From positions 51,150,001 through 51,214,000 of the forward strand of contig OX597818.1 of assembly GCA_951406725.2 (NCBI GenBank): DNA of 64,000 bases. Reading direction: 5' to 3'. This DNA is from Octopus vulgaris (Eukaryota). The notes under the pieces are model-generated. The model searched no databases and was not told the origin of the DNA. It was given only the letters and a program-made list of their open reading frames with translations. The number at the start of each line of letters is the position of its first letter. Within the stretch, counting starts at the first letter, position 1. This document shows positions 23,407-36,597 of the stretch, in pieces. The translations under genes and the position numbers were made by a program.

Positions 23407-24009
23407 ATTACCAATAATAATATAGGGTGAAATTAATTAATTTGGAATAATCATCAATTTCACCAAGTAGATTTCGGCATGTAAAAGCCCCATTCAAGGA
23501 GCAAATCGTTGCTAAACCCTTAATTACTTAGTATATATATATATATGTATATATATATATGTATATATATGCCAGTTGAAGTTTCATGGGTTTGATAACT
23601 TTAAAAATGTTCTATTTGCTTCCACACTTCATGTATTTTAACCTCATAAATTCATCAAATCAATTAGGTTTCGCTTCGAAGTCCCTTACAGTCGCAAAGG
23701 TAATTACGTGATCGATCAAACTTTTACTCCGTTCGTTCGTAACACTTCGAGCGAAAAACAAATAGTTTTCAATACATTTCAACATCAACTAAGAGTTTCT
23801 GGAGAAGGCAAGAAACCCATTTACAAAACAAAGCAAATACATGTTAAAACAACACAGAATAAACAATGGAACAACAAGAATTACGAGTCTAAAGTCGAAA
23901 TAAGAGTCGTTTCGAATTACCCTTTCCTCGAAGCTCGTTGCATGGCTGACCTTCCCTCTAAGGGGAGATAACTCTAAGCCCATACTTGAATTTCATTTCT
24001 TCTTGAATC
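22399..24009. promoter_or_regulatory. Putative bidirectional promoter region between the MKKS locus (-) and AGA (+)
   Basis: Head-to-head genes, local CpG enrichment, no SINE insertions, and duplicated with AGA at 50850-52427. TSSs were not located. Confidence 0.45.
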
Positions 24010-24121
24010 ATGTCACAGAAGGTGTGTTTGTTATTGCTCCTAATTTTCGTCGCTAGAGCTGCGGGTTCAAACTTACCTCTAGTCATAAATACGTGGCCTT
24101 TTATTACACCAAATGCGAAAG
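24010..24121 (+). CDS. AGA: Aspartylglucosaminidase (glycosylasparaginase) copy 1, exon 1; full CDS 1050 nt, 349 aa
   Basis: Signal peptide MSQKVCLLLLLIFVARAAGS followed by LPLVINTWPF; donor G|gtaac. Confidence 0.92.
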
Positions 24122-24698
24122 GTAACTTTTATAAATACTTTTACTCTTCTTATTGCAATGTAAAAGTATGTAATAACTTTAATAACCATCGTTTATGTGC
24201 CAAATTAACATTTTTATTGCCATGCATAAACAGTGTGTCCCATGGGAAGAAATAGCGAGAAAACAAAGAAACGATAAACTACAATTCCAACAGAATACAT
24301 CTTAAGTCCATGAATACTTCGAAATTATATTTCTGATCGTATAAACCATTTCGAATATTATTTTAGCAAGTTTTAAATGACAGCTTTTACCGTTTCTGTG
24401 GTGCCCGCCCCTCATTTCTCGTGATATCCGAAGCACTTTTTTGCTTATTTTGCTTATTGATTAATCTAGCGCTGCTTGGACCAGACGGTGCGTTGTGTCC
24501 TTCATCGAGACCCTTTTTTCACATTGCTCCAGTCCTCTCAACTGAAAATGGGTATCAAACCAGACTACAACTGGTGCAACCCTGCACCCTGTCCCTTTCC
24601 AGTTGCCTCATCCTTCTCGTTCCTTTGGATCAAAGGATGGGAGGGTAGGTCGAGATGCTGTCAATATCTGCTCGTCATCATATAGGCTCACTAAAACA

Positions 24699-25048
24699 TA
24701 TTTCTTTACTACCCACAAGGGGCTAAACACAGAGGGGACAAACAAGGACAGACATAGGTATTAAGTCGATTACATCGACCCAGTGCGTAAGTGGTACCTA
24801 TTTAATCGACCCCGAAAGGATGAAAGACAAAGTCGACCTCGGCGGAATTTGAACTCAGAACGTAATGCCAGACGAAATACGATACGTTCCCAGTTCAAAT
24901 TCCGCTGAGGTCGACTTTGTCTTTCATCCTTTCGGGGTCGATAAATTAAGTACCAGTTACACACTGGAGTCGATGTAAGCGACTCAATCCCTTTGTCTGT
25001 CCTTGTTTGTCCCCTCTATGTTTAGCCTCTTGTGGGCAATAAAGAAAT
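24699..25048. mobile_element. Inverted (fold-back) dimer of SINE family B inside one 15-bp TSD
   Basis: Minus copy ~24699-24880 and plus copy ~24885-25048, flanked by AGGCTCAC(T/C)AAAACA. Confidence 0.75.
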
Positions 25049-25880
25049 ATATGAAGGCTCACCAAAACAATTAGCGAAGGCATGCTACTCAGTCATACTC
25101 GCTCACGAGAAGCGTCTATGGGTGTAATAGATGGGTAGATACACGCAGGACTATCAGAGTCGCCCTACTCCTAAATTTTTTTTAATACTTTTTAATCCTT
25201 CTCTCAGAAATTACTCCGGATCCCCTCGTTTTCAATATCAGAGATTTTGATTCTACAACAAAAAGCTTTCCAGACAGTCTTTCGGTAAAAGTCTATGACG
25301 TCATGAGTGAGTGTGTGACATTTTGTTTCATCTGCTTGACAGAGTTGAACAGTCAATCACAAATACACTCACACACACATTCACTCATGACCTACGTCAT
25401 ATACTAATACCGAAATATTGCTGCTTTCCAATTTCCAAAAGTTTTGCCCACCTGCTGCTCCAGGTTTTTTAAAACTTTTACCATTTTTTCTTCTTTTTTT
25501 TTATAGCAAATTACACTTTTTAAAATATAGAGATTGCGATTCTGAAGGAAATTTTTCGCAATTTCAAATTTTTAACATCACAATTCCACACTTACTCGAC
25601 ACAAATCTTCCCAAAGATTAACTGATTAACTTATTCACGAATGTATGCTGAACTCCAACTAGCAGACAATTCAAATTCCACCGAGGTCGACTTTGCTTTC
25701 ATCTTTGCAGGGATCGATAAAATAAGTACCAGTTATACGTTGGGCCGATGTAATCGACTTTTCCCCTCCCCCAAAATTGCTGGCCTTGTGCCAAAATCTG
25801 AAACCAGTGTTATAAAATGTTGTGAGCTAGCAAAATCATTAGAGTGTTGGAAAAAACGCTTTGTGGTATTTGTTCTGAAA

Positions 25881-26113
25881 GGGCGGCGAGCTGGCAGAAA
25901 CGTTAGCACGCCGGACGAAATGCGTAGCCGTATTTCGTCTGCCGCTACGTTCTGAGTTCAAATTCCGCCGAGGTCAACTTTGCCTTTCATCCTTTCGGGG
26001 TCGATTAAATAAGTACCAGTTACGCACTGGAGTCGATATAATCGACTTAATCCGCTTGTCTATCCTTGTTTGTCCCCTCTATGTTTAGCCCCTTGTGGAT
26101 AGTAAAGAAATAG
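25881..26113 (+). mobile_element. SINE family B, full length
   Basis: GGCGGCGAGCTGGCAGAAACGTTAGC...AAAGAAATA; TSD GGTATTTGTTCTGA. Confidence 0.85.
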
Positions 26114-26656
26114 GTATTTGTTCTGATTCTTTACATTGTGATTTCAAGTCCTGCCAAGTTCAGCTTTGCCTTTTTCATCCCTCCAAGGTCAATAAAATGA
26201 AGTACCAATAAAGTACTGGAGTCAATGGAACCAACTAATCTCCTTCCCCCTAAAATTACTAGCCTTGTGCCACCCTACCACCAACAAGCCACACTGCATC
26301 TCCAACTCTCTTCTCTTCCTCACATTTCCTCTTTCATGCACCATGCTTGCCTCCCACTCTTCAATCCTTTCCTCTTGGCCCTGTTTCAGTATATCATTGC
26401 TATTCCCTACAACCTCACCCCACACCGACCTGTGTGTTCTGCCTACACGTAACAAGAAAATTTTTCACACACCCTACCCCAACAAACCAAACTACATCTC
26501 TTCCTCACATTTTCTCTTTCATAGTATCATGCACTATACTTATCTCTCACTCTCTAACCTATCCTCACGGCCCTGTTTCTCTATATCATTGCTATCCGGT
26601 AAAAACCCCCACCACCACCAGCACTACTACTCTATATACATAGGTTTTTCACCATA

Positions 26657-26888
26657 AGGCGGCAAGCTGGCAGAAACGTTAGCAAGCCGGGCGAAATGCG
26701 TAGCCGTATTTCGTCTGCCGTTACGTTCTGGGTTCAAATTCCGCCGAGGTCGACTTTGCCTTTCATCCTTTCGGGATCGATAAATTAAGTAGCAGTTACG
26801 CACTGGGGTCGATATAATCGGCTTAATCCGTTTGTCTGTCCTTGTTTGTCCCCTTTGTGTTTAGCCCCTTGTGGGTAGTAAAGAAATA
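26657..26888 (+). mobile_element. SINE family B, full length
   Basis: Same consensus; TSD TATATACATAGGTTTTTCACCA. Confidence 0.85.
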
Positions 26889-27376
26889 TATATACATAGG
26901 TTTTTCACCACTCACTGCATACCTCTCCCCACTCTTTAATCACGTTTCTTTAGCAATGTCCTGCCACTTATATTATGACCTTCGAACCTCAAGGGTATGC
27001 CCTGGCACTTGCCACCATCGCTATCCTGCTGTCTCCCACACACTCTCTCTCTCTCCCTCTCTCCTTCTCCAGCTCTTCTCTCAGGTTGAGTGGCCATGTA
27101 TCTCCTTTACAGCAGCACACCTGTTTCTGTCCTCGTGGTTGGTACTAGGAAGGGCATTCAGCTGTAAAAACCTTGCCAAAACAGGTACAGAAGTCTGGTG
27201 CAGGTTTCTACCTCTCCAGCTCTTATCAAGTCAGCCCGCCCATGTCAGCAAGGAAGGCAGACATTAAACGATGATGATGATTATTATATATATATATATG
27301 CGTGTGTGTGTGTGTGTATGTATGTATGTAGTCCAGCCCATACCATCGAGGACAACGGACGTTAAATGATTAAATG

Positions 27377-27433
<57 letters not shown>

Positions 27434-27436
<3 letters not shown>

Positions 27437-27716
27437 CGCAATGGCCTAGTGGTTAGGGCAGCGGACCTGCGGTCATAGGATCGCGGTTTCGATTCCCAGA
27501 CCGGGCGTTGTGTGTGTTTATTGAGTGAAAACACCTAAAAGCTCCTCGAGGCTCCGGCAGGGGGTGGTGATCCCTGCTGTACTCTTTCACCACTCTTTCT
27601 TCTGTTGGCCTGCTCGCTTAGCCAGCGGGGTGGCGTCATTCGAAGGCTAAAACAATGCGAACGCATTGTGACCAGCGATGTGTAACAACATCTGATGGTC
27701 TGGTCGGTCACGTGAT

Positions 27717-27722
<6 letters not shown>
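27434..27722 (+). mobile_element. tRNA-derived SINE, family D head, inserted in (TA)n
   Basis: GGCGCAATGGCCTAGTGGTTAGGGCAGCGG..GGTTTCGATTCCC head. Confidence 0.75.
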
Positions 27723-27750
<28 letters not shown>

Positions 27751-27959
27751 TGCAAATAAGAAAATGGAGAAGCACATTAGTTGGTGTATCAGCTTTAAGA
27801 TATTAGAATGTTGACTTATTTATATGTCAAAACGACAACTATAATAACATACATACATATAGTATATTATTCAATGCATGTAAGATAAGAATACAAGTAG
27901 TTATTAAAAAAAACATGAATATAAATTATTAAAATCACTTACAGGTGTTTCAGCCGAAT

Positions 27960-27986
<27 letters not shown>

Positions 27987-27990
<4 letters not shown>

Positions 27991-28490
27991 CAATGCATCC
28001 CGGCGTTGCCTGCGTGTTACGACCTTCAGCCACATTGTATTATTTCTTCCTTTCTTATGGGTAGAATCGGCACGGCTGATAAATAGTGAACTGGGTTTCT
28101 GGCGAAATGGAAGTGAAGTGGGTTGGTACAACTTGCATGGCTTTGCATGGAAGTGCTTTCTGTTCTTAAAAAGGATCAGAGACTATGTATTGTTTCATCG
28201 TATAAAAAGGGGTTAATACAATTTGCCCAGAAATCACGTTTCCGAAGTTTTAATTTCTCCCCGTCCCCACCACAATTTCTTAATTTGTAACTTTTTTCGA
28301 ATTTTTTTTATCCAAGTAAGATTACGAATCTGAGAAATACACATATTTTTTTTTAAAGTTTAACACTTCTCCCACCTCACCCACCCATCACCTACAAGGC
28401 TTTCAAAAAGCTAAAACCTCCCAACGTTTCACTTTCGTCTGATGTTTCACGCATGCGTAGAATTGTATTGAAATAACAGACGTAAACAAT
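27987..28490 (-). mobile_element. Helitron-like 3' end (other boundary uncertain)
   Basis: Minus strand reads GGCAACGCCGGGATGCATTGCTAG|T: GC-rich hairpin plus CTAG terminus. Confidence 0.5.
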
Positions 28491-28725
28491 ACCTATTTCT
28501 TTATTAACCACAGGGAGCAAAACACAGAGGGGACAAACAAGGAGAGACATAGGTATTAAGTCGATTACATCGACCCCAGTGCATAACTGGTACTTAATTT
28601 ATCGACCCCGAAAGGATGAAAGGCAAAGTCGATCTCGGCGGAATTTGAACTCAGAACGTAGTGGCAGACGAAATACTGCTAAGCATTTCGCCCGGCGTGC
28701 TAACGATTCTGCCAGCTCGCCGCCC
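28491..28725 (-). mobile_element. SINE family B
   Basis: Full-length reverse-complement copy. Confidence 0.8.
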
Positions 28726-30072
28726 TAAAAAATACCAGACCACCACCAGAAAACCCGACATGCCAGAAACAACAGGTAAACGACATTATTTATGAAGAAA
28801 CGTCCCCGCTTTCCAAAAAGCTAAAAGTGGAACATAGGGAGTTTGTAGTCTTTTGAAAGTGGTGAGGTGATGGGTGGATGGTTGGGAAGGAGATTTTAGT
28901 GTTTCTTTAAGAAAAAAGGAAGAAGAAAATTATTAAAGATTCGTACTCTCTGATTTTTTTTCTCTGTGGATTACCCAAAAAAAAAAACTTGGAAAAAAGT
29001 GAAAATGAAGAAATTGGGATGGGGAGGAAAAAAATTAAAATATTGAGAATGTATTTTGAGGGGCAAAATCCTAATCTCCTGTATCGAAAACAGAAATCGG
29101 AAGAAATTTTGGAAAAAAATAAGGTGGGTGGAGGCACAAATGTCACCATGAACATGCTAGAAACAACAGGTTAAGGACAGGATTTCTGGGAAAGCTTCCT
29201 TTTAAGTTTATATCGAAGATCAAGTTTTTAAATACGCTCATCACGAACACAAATTACAGAATAGAAAAAGGCCATTTCAATAGGATTTCAGCTGTAATTT
29301 TGCGCGTGCACACAGCAAGAAACAACATAGTTCATACAGAAGTCTTGCCGCGCGCGTGCGTGTGCGTGTGTGTGTGTGAAAGGAAGTTATTTTATAGCTT
29401 TTATGGCAGTCTTTCGTCTGCACCATCAAAGTTGTCAACTTGATCATATGGGATCATAGGATTGTTCGTTAATTTCCGTAAAAATTGTTTTTATTTCTTT
29501 ATTCGTTGAAGAGAGCAGAAAGTGAAAAGGTAACATTTGCTTTGAAGTGAGAGCAGAAAGCGAACGATGTATGTACGTGTATATGAAATGAACATGTGTG
29601 TGTGCGTAAGAGAGAGAGAGAGAATGAGTGTGTGTGTTTGTGTGTGAAGGTGTGTCGTATTTTTTTGCATGTATGTGTAAGTGGTACTCTCTCACACACA
29701 CACACATCTTTCTTATACACGTACATAAATATGTATACATCTTTTTTGTACATATGTGTGCGTGTGCATGTGAGAAAGTGTGTGTGTGTGACTGTATTTC
29801 GTCATAACATATAGAGAAATGGATGTCTTTTAATGAAATTCTTTTGATTGTGGCTTATTTTAATACAATATTTATGTGTACATTTTCATAAATGTTTGTC
29901 AGAGCAGAATTCTATACATGCATGAAACATCAGACGAAACTGAAACATTAGAAGCAAACCGAGATATTGCCGGGAAATGACCTCAAAATTGTGCTGCCTG
30001 ACCTCGTTTCCGAGGTTATTTTAGTAGTAAAAAAGAGTCTTGCCAAAAACATAATTTATTTAGTAGCCTTTA

Positions 30073-30362
30073 TATTGGGTCATCCCATAAATAATCCGGT
30101 TTTTTATACTCCTTTTATTTTTCAAATTTAAGATACTTTCCTTCATTTTCTACAATGCTCTTCCATTTATCTGGTAGACTTGCAAGGCCCTTCTTCCAAA
30201 ATTCACTTGTCTGTGACGAAAAAACTCCTCCACTACTGTTCTAATCTCGTCTACAGAATTCATATTTTTCCGTTCAAATGATTTTGAAGACTGTGAAATA
30301 AATGTTAATCAGATGGGGTAATGGCCGGCGAATATGGTGGGTGGAGCATCGTTTCCCATTCA
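30073..30362 (-). mobile_element. mariner transposase C-terminal remnant plus TIR
   Basis: Minus strand WETMLHPPYSPAITPSD*HLFHSLQNHLNG...FWKKGLASLPDKWKSIVENEGKY, a decayed YSPDLAP motif with stop codon and frameshifts. Confidence 0.85.
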
Positions 30363-30900
30363 AACAGTAGGGACCTCGCTTGGCCCTGTCTGAGATTTGA
30401 AACCAAATCTACCCACTTGTTACTTGTCAAAACAAGCAGGTAATCTTCTCTACATCAGATGTTTGATGGGGAGACACTTGACCCTCAAGGACCTGTGCTG
30501 GTCAAGGAAAGGTCAGACCTTTGTTTAGGGTTTGACCTACATTACATAGCAGAGAGCATTTCTTTATCTCTGCCTTTGTATCAATCATGACCAAGGAGCA
30601 GCACCCACTTTTGTATCAGCAGAACAACGAGCAACATTTCCCTTCACCCTTCGCTCGACATACGAAGAGAAGCTTTCGGCTACAAGAAAGACGATGTCAC
30701 CTTTATCCTTTCTAGTCAACACCGTGCATTCCTTACTCTTTCACTTTCTACTGGTAGACAGCAGCCTCTACTACACTATCGACTACCAACCAGCGAGCGA
30801 ACTTGTCACTGTCACTACAATTATTGCTGTATCTCTAACTACATAATATTTCTTCCTTCAAGCGTTATATCTACATGCTACATTTGGTAGTCGGCTACAG

Positions 30901-31194
30901 CAGCGCTACTCAAAGTGGTGGTACGAGGACCGGTTCCGATCCGCGTGCCATCAACTACCGGTACGCGGCGAGTTTCCAGAAAAGAACGAAACATTACAAA
31001 ATGTTTTTAATTGCTTGTGTAATATTATATTTTTTGTTTCCAAAATAAATATATAAGATTTTAAAAATTGTATATATTGTTTATTATATATATTGTTTCC
31101 AGTATAAATTAATATCATTAAGAAATATTACCGATCCCTGGCACATTGGAAAAAAACTGCTGGTACGCCACATAAGATAGTTTGAGAAGCCCTG
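30901..31194. mobile_element. hAT-like MITE
   Basis: CAGCGCTACTCAAA...TTTGAGAAGCCCTG termini; imperfect 8-bp TSD GGCTACAG/AGCTACAT. Confidence 0.55.
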
Positions 31195-31248
31195 AGCTAC
31201 ATCATGTCGATGTGATATGACAAGGCATCTCACTTCAGCTGCTATAAT

Positions 31249-31263
31249 TGGTGACCCCGATGT
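31249..31263 (+). mobile_element. tRNA-Trp-type primer-binding-site motif, probable LTR-retrotransposon remnant
   Basis: TGGTGACCCCGATGT is complementary to the tRNA-Trp 3' end. Related motifs recur at ~31364 and ~31534. Confidence 0.4.
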
Positions 31264-31563
31264 TTTTCTATATGTTCTATATCCGTTACATTGCACATCA
31301 GTTCGCTGCATCGCACGACTTCGTGAAAACAAATACGGCCTTCACCAAACGACCACTACAAGCGGTGACCCCGAGCTAAAAGATCTACAGCCTTCGCTCC
31401 AACAACCGTTGCCTCATATGCTTCCCGACGTTCTAATACACATTTGGTTCTACTTCACCAACTTCATTGCATTTGGAAGATGAAGACAATTTTTTGTTCT
31501 GCTGTTAAATTTTCCATTTCGTCGCTACATTCTGGTGACCCGAGCTCAAGAATTACAGCCCTC

Positions 31564-31971
31564 GGATCTTTTCGCTTTGAACGGCAGTTTTTTTTTAGCG
31601 GTGTCATATGAAATTGTCACCCATAATTATGACCCTAGTATCGATCTATTGCGTATCAATCTGTTTTAGGGTTAGGGGTGGGGGGAAGGGTATCTTTTTT
31701 CTTCACAAATGTAAATAAACCCAATCTGTTTCTTAAACGAGGGACATATTCATACAGCACAGAATGTTTTTTACCTCAATAGACGTCAGTGATTGGTTGA
31801 AATTTCAGAAATTGAAAAAAAACAACAAATATCTTACAAACTATAGAATTTTCTCAATAAAGCCAAGAGAAAAAGATGTTTTATTAACACATTCTTCCAG
31901 TATACGAAGTTTAAAATTCTTTAGTTTCCTAGAAATTATGTTTAAAACTGCCGTTCAAACCGAAAAGATCC
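31564..31971. mobile_element. ~400-bp MITE with ~28-bp TIR (GG..CC termini) and 8-bp TSD CAGCCCTC
   Basis: GGATCTTTTCG(C/G)TTTGAACGGCAGTTTT...AAAACTGCCGTTCAAACCGAAAAGATCC; perfect TSD. Confidence 0.9.
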
Positions 31972-32950
31972 CAGCCCTCACATCTCATGTTCGTCACATT
32001 AAAGACAAGAATAACAACTTTCACTACACACAGTTTTCGTTCGACTGTCACACAGCAAAAAGGAAAAGAACCCACCACGCACTTTCAACCTGCCACAGAA
32101 TGCACTCCACTACGTTGCACAGATCCACGAAGGAAGCATCTACAATCAATAAACGCAACATTTCTACAACCATCCGACCAAAAAACCACCTAAATGAAGA
32201 TATCGAAACCCGCACATACAACATTCTCCACAGTCACAGATTTTTCAAACCAGTCCTGCTGTACTTAGACTTGAACTTTCTGTACATACACATATTTTTG
32301 TATTTCAAACGTTTACTTATTTCGTTCTCTTTTGTTAGCCCTTCACACCTTCATTCGTTTTTGAAAGCCTAATTCTATAATATTTTTTCCTCGTTGGCCA
32401 CTGGCATTGCACGTTTTTGCACACATGTACAATTCTTTCAAATACATTGTTTTGTTGTTGTTGTTTTCTCTCGTTACATGTTTTCCTTTTGAATGTCTGC
32501 AGAATCTTTCTTACTTCGCACGCTGACCTATTTATGCACTGCTCTGTATTTTGTTTGTAAAACAAAACAGAATTTTTTCCCCTCAATGTTCATACACAAA
32601 CCTGCATGCCTACACCCACTTATAAACATGCACCACAACATAGTGCTTTAGCAGGGTACTGCCACGACATTACACCAAACTCAGTAGTGTAGAGATGGCC
32701 ATGTAGTATTAAGTTGTATAACAGTATTCTGTCATGAAAGGAAGATTAGACTCCAGTCAATATTAAATAGAATTTATTTGGGATAGATGGTTCAAACAGC
32801 TTTTCATATAATGTAAGAAATCAAATATTAACATGTGGATCCTTTTTGAATAACAAGTAAACGCTAGCTAGTCATGAACTGAATATGAGATAAAATTGCA
32901 AGGGTATCAGAAACGTGAATGCGGTATTGTGTGTGAGGCTTAGACGGGAA

Positions 32951-33076
32951 ACATATTCAGTTCTGTTACAAGTTCATAGCAGGTGTCAACAAAGTTGGTA
33001 ACATGACAAGCCAACATATTCAGAACTGTTACAAGTTCATAGCAGGTATCAACACAGTTGGTAACATGACAAGCCA
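32951..33076. repeat. 63-bp tandem duplication
   Basis: ACATATTCAG...CATGACAAGCCA at 32951 and 33014. Confidence 0.85.
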
Positions 33077-33564
33077 ATGTTGAACAGGCTGTGGCGGTAG
33101 AATTAGCTGCTGAACAAATTGCCATGATGATGCAGGATATAATGATAGCTGTTGGATATACGTCGTGAAAATGACGGTGGTCTGAAATCTGCAAGGCAAG
33201 TGTCATTAGAACGACGGTAATTGCATATGGTCTCTGGCCTAAGGTAAAAGATTATTCTTTAATACCCACATGGGCCTACAAAGAGGGACGATACAAGGAC
33301 AGACAAACATAAATGGGGGGGAAAAGGAAAACGAAGGGAAAAGATGGATATGAAGAATGAAAAATGGAATGAAGGCCACTCGACCTCACATCCGAGTGAC
33401 CTCATTTAACTCTTTTGACACACTTTTTTTACAACATTAATTTGTTACAAATAGTTACTGAATTCAAGGTGATGAAAGGCCACCTTTGGTGGTAGCTTAC
33501 TTAAGTCTATCTCTTAATCTGAGTCCACGATCGCCACTCTTCGTTGCTTACTATTACGCATTCA

Positions 33565-33964
33565 TGATCTTTTCGGTTTGAACGGCAGTTTTTTCTAGCG
33601 ATGTCATATGAAATTGTCACCCATAATTATAACCCTAGTATCGATCTATTGTATTTCAATCTGTTTTAGGGTTAGGGTTAGGGTAGGGTTAGGGGAAGGG
33701 TATCTTTTTTTCTTCAGAAATGTAAATAAACCCAATCTGTTTCTTAAACGAGGGACATATTCATACGGCACAGAATGTTTTCACCTCAATAGACGTCATT
33801 GATTGGTTGAAATTGCAGAAATTGCAGAAAAAAACAACAAATAGCTTATAAACTACAGAATTTTCTCAAGAAAGACAAGAGAAAAGGATGTTTTATAAAC
33901 ACATTCTACCAGTATACGAAGTGGAAATTATTTTTAAAAACTGCCGTTCAAACCGAAAAGATTC
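33565..33964. mobile_element. Same MITE family, TSD CGCATTCA
   Basis: TIRs, perfect 8-bp TSD and internal TTAGGG repeats. Confidence 0.9.
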
Positions 33965-33990
33965 CGCATTCAACGTGCTCGGGCCATCCC

Positions 33991-34900
33991 TTATTTGAAA
34001 CGTCTACCGACACTTGAGAGTTGATTTCCCCCTCTTGTTCTATTGCTAAACAAAATAGCATACATATTGTCTCTCTTTTGGTGATAAGGATGGGGAATTT
34101 CGGGCTCCGGTGTGTTTGTCATTGTGTCTGTGTCAGAAGGGGCGGGGTGAGGGGCGGTGACTGCAGGGGTAAGATGGGACGGCGTGGGACAGGTTGGGAG
34201 ATGGGTGGGAATAGGGTAGGGGTTCACATTTTCGCCTTGATTTCGTTTCCCTCTTTTCCGTTTTTTCGATGCTGTATTCCATCCTTCTTTCTCTTCAGCC
34301 TCCTGGTTCTCTTCCTCCTTCTCCAGCTCCTTTACGCTCACACACGACGTCGCAAGAGGTCGAGGTGCGGCTTCTTTCCTTGATTTCTTTGCGGCAGGTG
34401 GAGAACATTCTGCTTTTGTGTGACCATTTTGGCCACATTTAAAGCATCGTGACGTCCTGCTCTCCACCATGAGTCTCAGCTTTACATCCTCTCCGACTGT
34501 GATGGTTTCCACCATCCTCTCCAAATCTTCCGGGATGGCCTGGATTATCATTTCCAAGCCCTGGTCTTGCCAATTCCATGGTGGTACTCTTTTGGCTTGG
34601 AGGTTCACAATCTAGTCCTCCATTCCCAACATGATGGCGGCTACCAGCCAGGCAATATCCACCTCAGGAGGGGTCTCTTCTACCCTTTCCCTAAAAGCAC
34701 GCCTTCCCAGGTAGATGGGTAGAAGGACCACCTCGTCCGTTTTGAGGGGAGTCACGGCATACTACCTGGGCAAAGCCTCCGACGCAAACTGCACCTCCAC
34801 TGTTGCATATTTCCTTCCTCAGGTGAGGTAGTTTACTTCTTTCCATATTGGCCTCAATGCCCTTTCAACCGGTGATTTGTTTGCAACCTCTATTCGTAGT
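33991..34900 (-). mobile_element. Degraded gag/ORF1-like retroelement sequence with CCHC zinc knuckle
   Basis: CFKCGQNGHTKAEC in ORF 33991-34608; the upstream part is broken by stops. Confidence 0.65.
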
Positions 34901-35050
34901 AACTTTGCCTCCACACATACCTATTATTCAATTGCACTATTGCCTTACAACAGTAAGTACTTGGATATATATAGGCATACATCTAGTAGTATATTGAATA
35001 TTTATTATCCCTTAGATGGTTGTCTAACCTCTAACTCATAAATATGTATG

Positions 35051-35089
<39 letters not shown>

Positions 35090-35095
<6 letters not shown>

Positions 35096-35400
35096 TAAAA
35101 GGCTTCCAAATAAAGAAGCGAGTGCTAGATACACAAAAAGGGGATAAATTCATGAAATCGAATGAAAATCAAAAACGTTACCAACTCAGCTAATCCTGTA
35201 CTGCAGTTTCATCTTTTTTTTTTTTAGCAAATAAATAGAATTTATCTGTCAAGGCCAGAATCATCAGCAGGAAGCCTTTGTAATCCGAGCTGTACATACC
35301 GTTAGAAGCACGTGCAAATCTAACGATCTGTATACCTGAAAAGTTTTTGTGTATCTAGCACTCGCTTCTTTATTTGGAAGCCTTTTAATGTATTTATATA
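35090..35400. mobile_element. Penelope-like remnant: ~50-bp inverted arms around a hammerhead-like motif (35195-35271, minus strand)
   Basis: Arms ATACATTAAAAGGCTTCC...ACACAAAAA and reverse complement. Minus strand CCTG-CTGATGA-...-GAAA-CTGCAG-TA-CAGG. Confidence 0.5.
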
Positions 35401-35819
35401 TGAATAACGTATAGTCTAATGACTAATTCGTCTTTTGTGCTAGGTCACTGGTAATAATAATTTATTTTTATTACCCTATTTACTATGTTTCATATTTATA
35501 TATATTCAAGATCTAACTTGATTGTACTTGTCAACATTTATAGCTACCTATTTTGCTTGGATACAGCTACATCATAAATGAATGCACCCTATTAATGACA
35601 AAGAGTATGATCAAACCAACAGATGTGTTGAGCTGGTTGATGAAGGGTTGGAGGAGGTAACTGATTGGGGTGTATGGGTAATGATAGCGATAAGTATCTC
35701 TGATGTCTGTTCAGTGAGAAGTGATGACAGGGGGTAACTGTAATGTCTGTTGGGAGTGGTGCTAGAAGACAACAGAAATGACCCTTTCTCTCAGTTTTTT
35801 TTTTAAATCTGTTTTAAAG

Positions 35820-35976
35820 CTTGGAGTGTGATCAACAGTAAAGGAAGTGCTTTAGATGCTGTTGAGCAAGGATGCTCCATGTGTGAAAGATATCGACAGT
35901 GCAGCAAAAGTATTGGATATGGTGGAAGACCAGATGAAGATGGGGAAACAACTCTCGATGCAATGATAATGGATGG
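35820..35976 (+). CDS. AGA: AGA copy 1, exon 2
   Basis: aag|CT TGG...GAT GG|gtaac; [53 protein letters not shown]. Confidence 0.95.
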
Positions 35977-36017
35977 GTAACATGCTTTATATTTCAACTA
36001 ATATTCCTTTCTATGTA

Positions 36018-36310
36018 TCATCATCATCACGTTTAACGTCCGATTTCCATGCTAGCATGGGTTGGACGGTTCAACTGGGGTCTGGGAAGCCAGGAGGCTG
36101 CACCAGGCTCAAGTCTGATCTGGCAGTGTTTCTACAGCTGGATGCTCTTTCTAACGCCAACCATTCCGTGAGTGTAGTGGGTGCTTTTTACGTGCCACCA
36201 GCACAGGGGCCAGAGGAGGCTGGCAAAGGTCACAATCGGTTGGTGCTTTTTACGTGCCACCAGCACGGGTATCACAACTACAATTTCCATTGATTTTCAT
36301 TTTGATGTTG
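36018..36310 (-). mobile_element. Family C copy, shared with the paralogous intron at 58648-59020
   Basis: Same position after exon 2 in both AGA copies, so it predates the duplication. Confidence 0.75.
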
Positions 36311-36544
36311 ATGCATCAGTGTTGATAATATCATTAGTTGCATGCATAAACAAACTGGAACTTAAATATTCGTCCCATACATAAGATTTCGTATTGATCG
36401 TCATGTGTGTGATAATTACAGATTGTCACATGCCACACCATGCAATTCATCACAATATGTCACAGTCTGAGGATAAATCCACTCAGCCTCTGTGGTTGTG
36501 AAAAAGATCAAGGGCTGCCTTTCCTCCTCTTTGATGCCAAGCTA

Positions 36545-36597
<53 letters not shown>

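Noticed and set aside
31764-32372. 202-aa ORF
   Set aside because: Starts inside a MITE and crosses its TIR into unrelated sequence.
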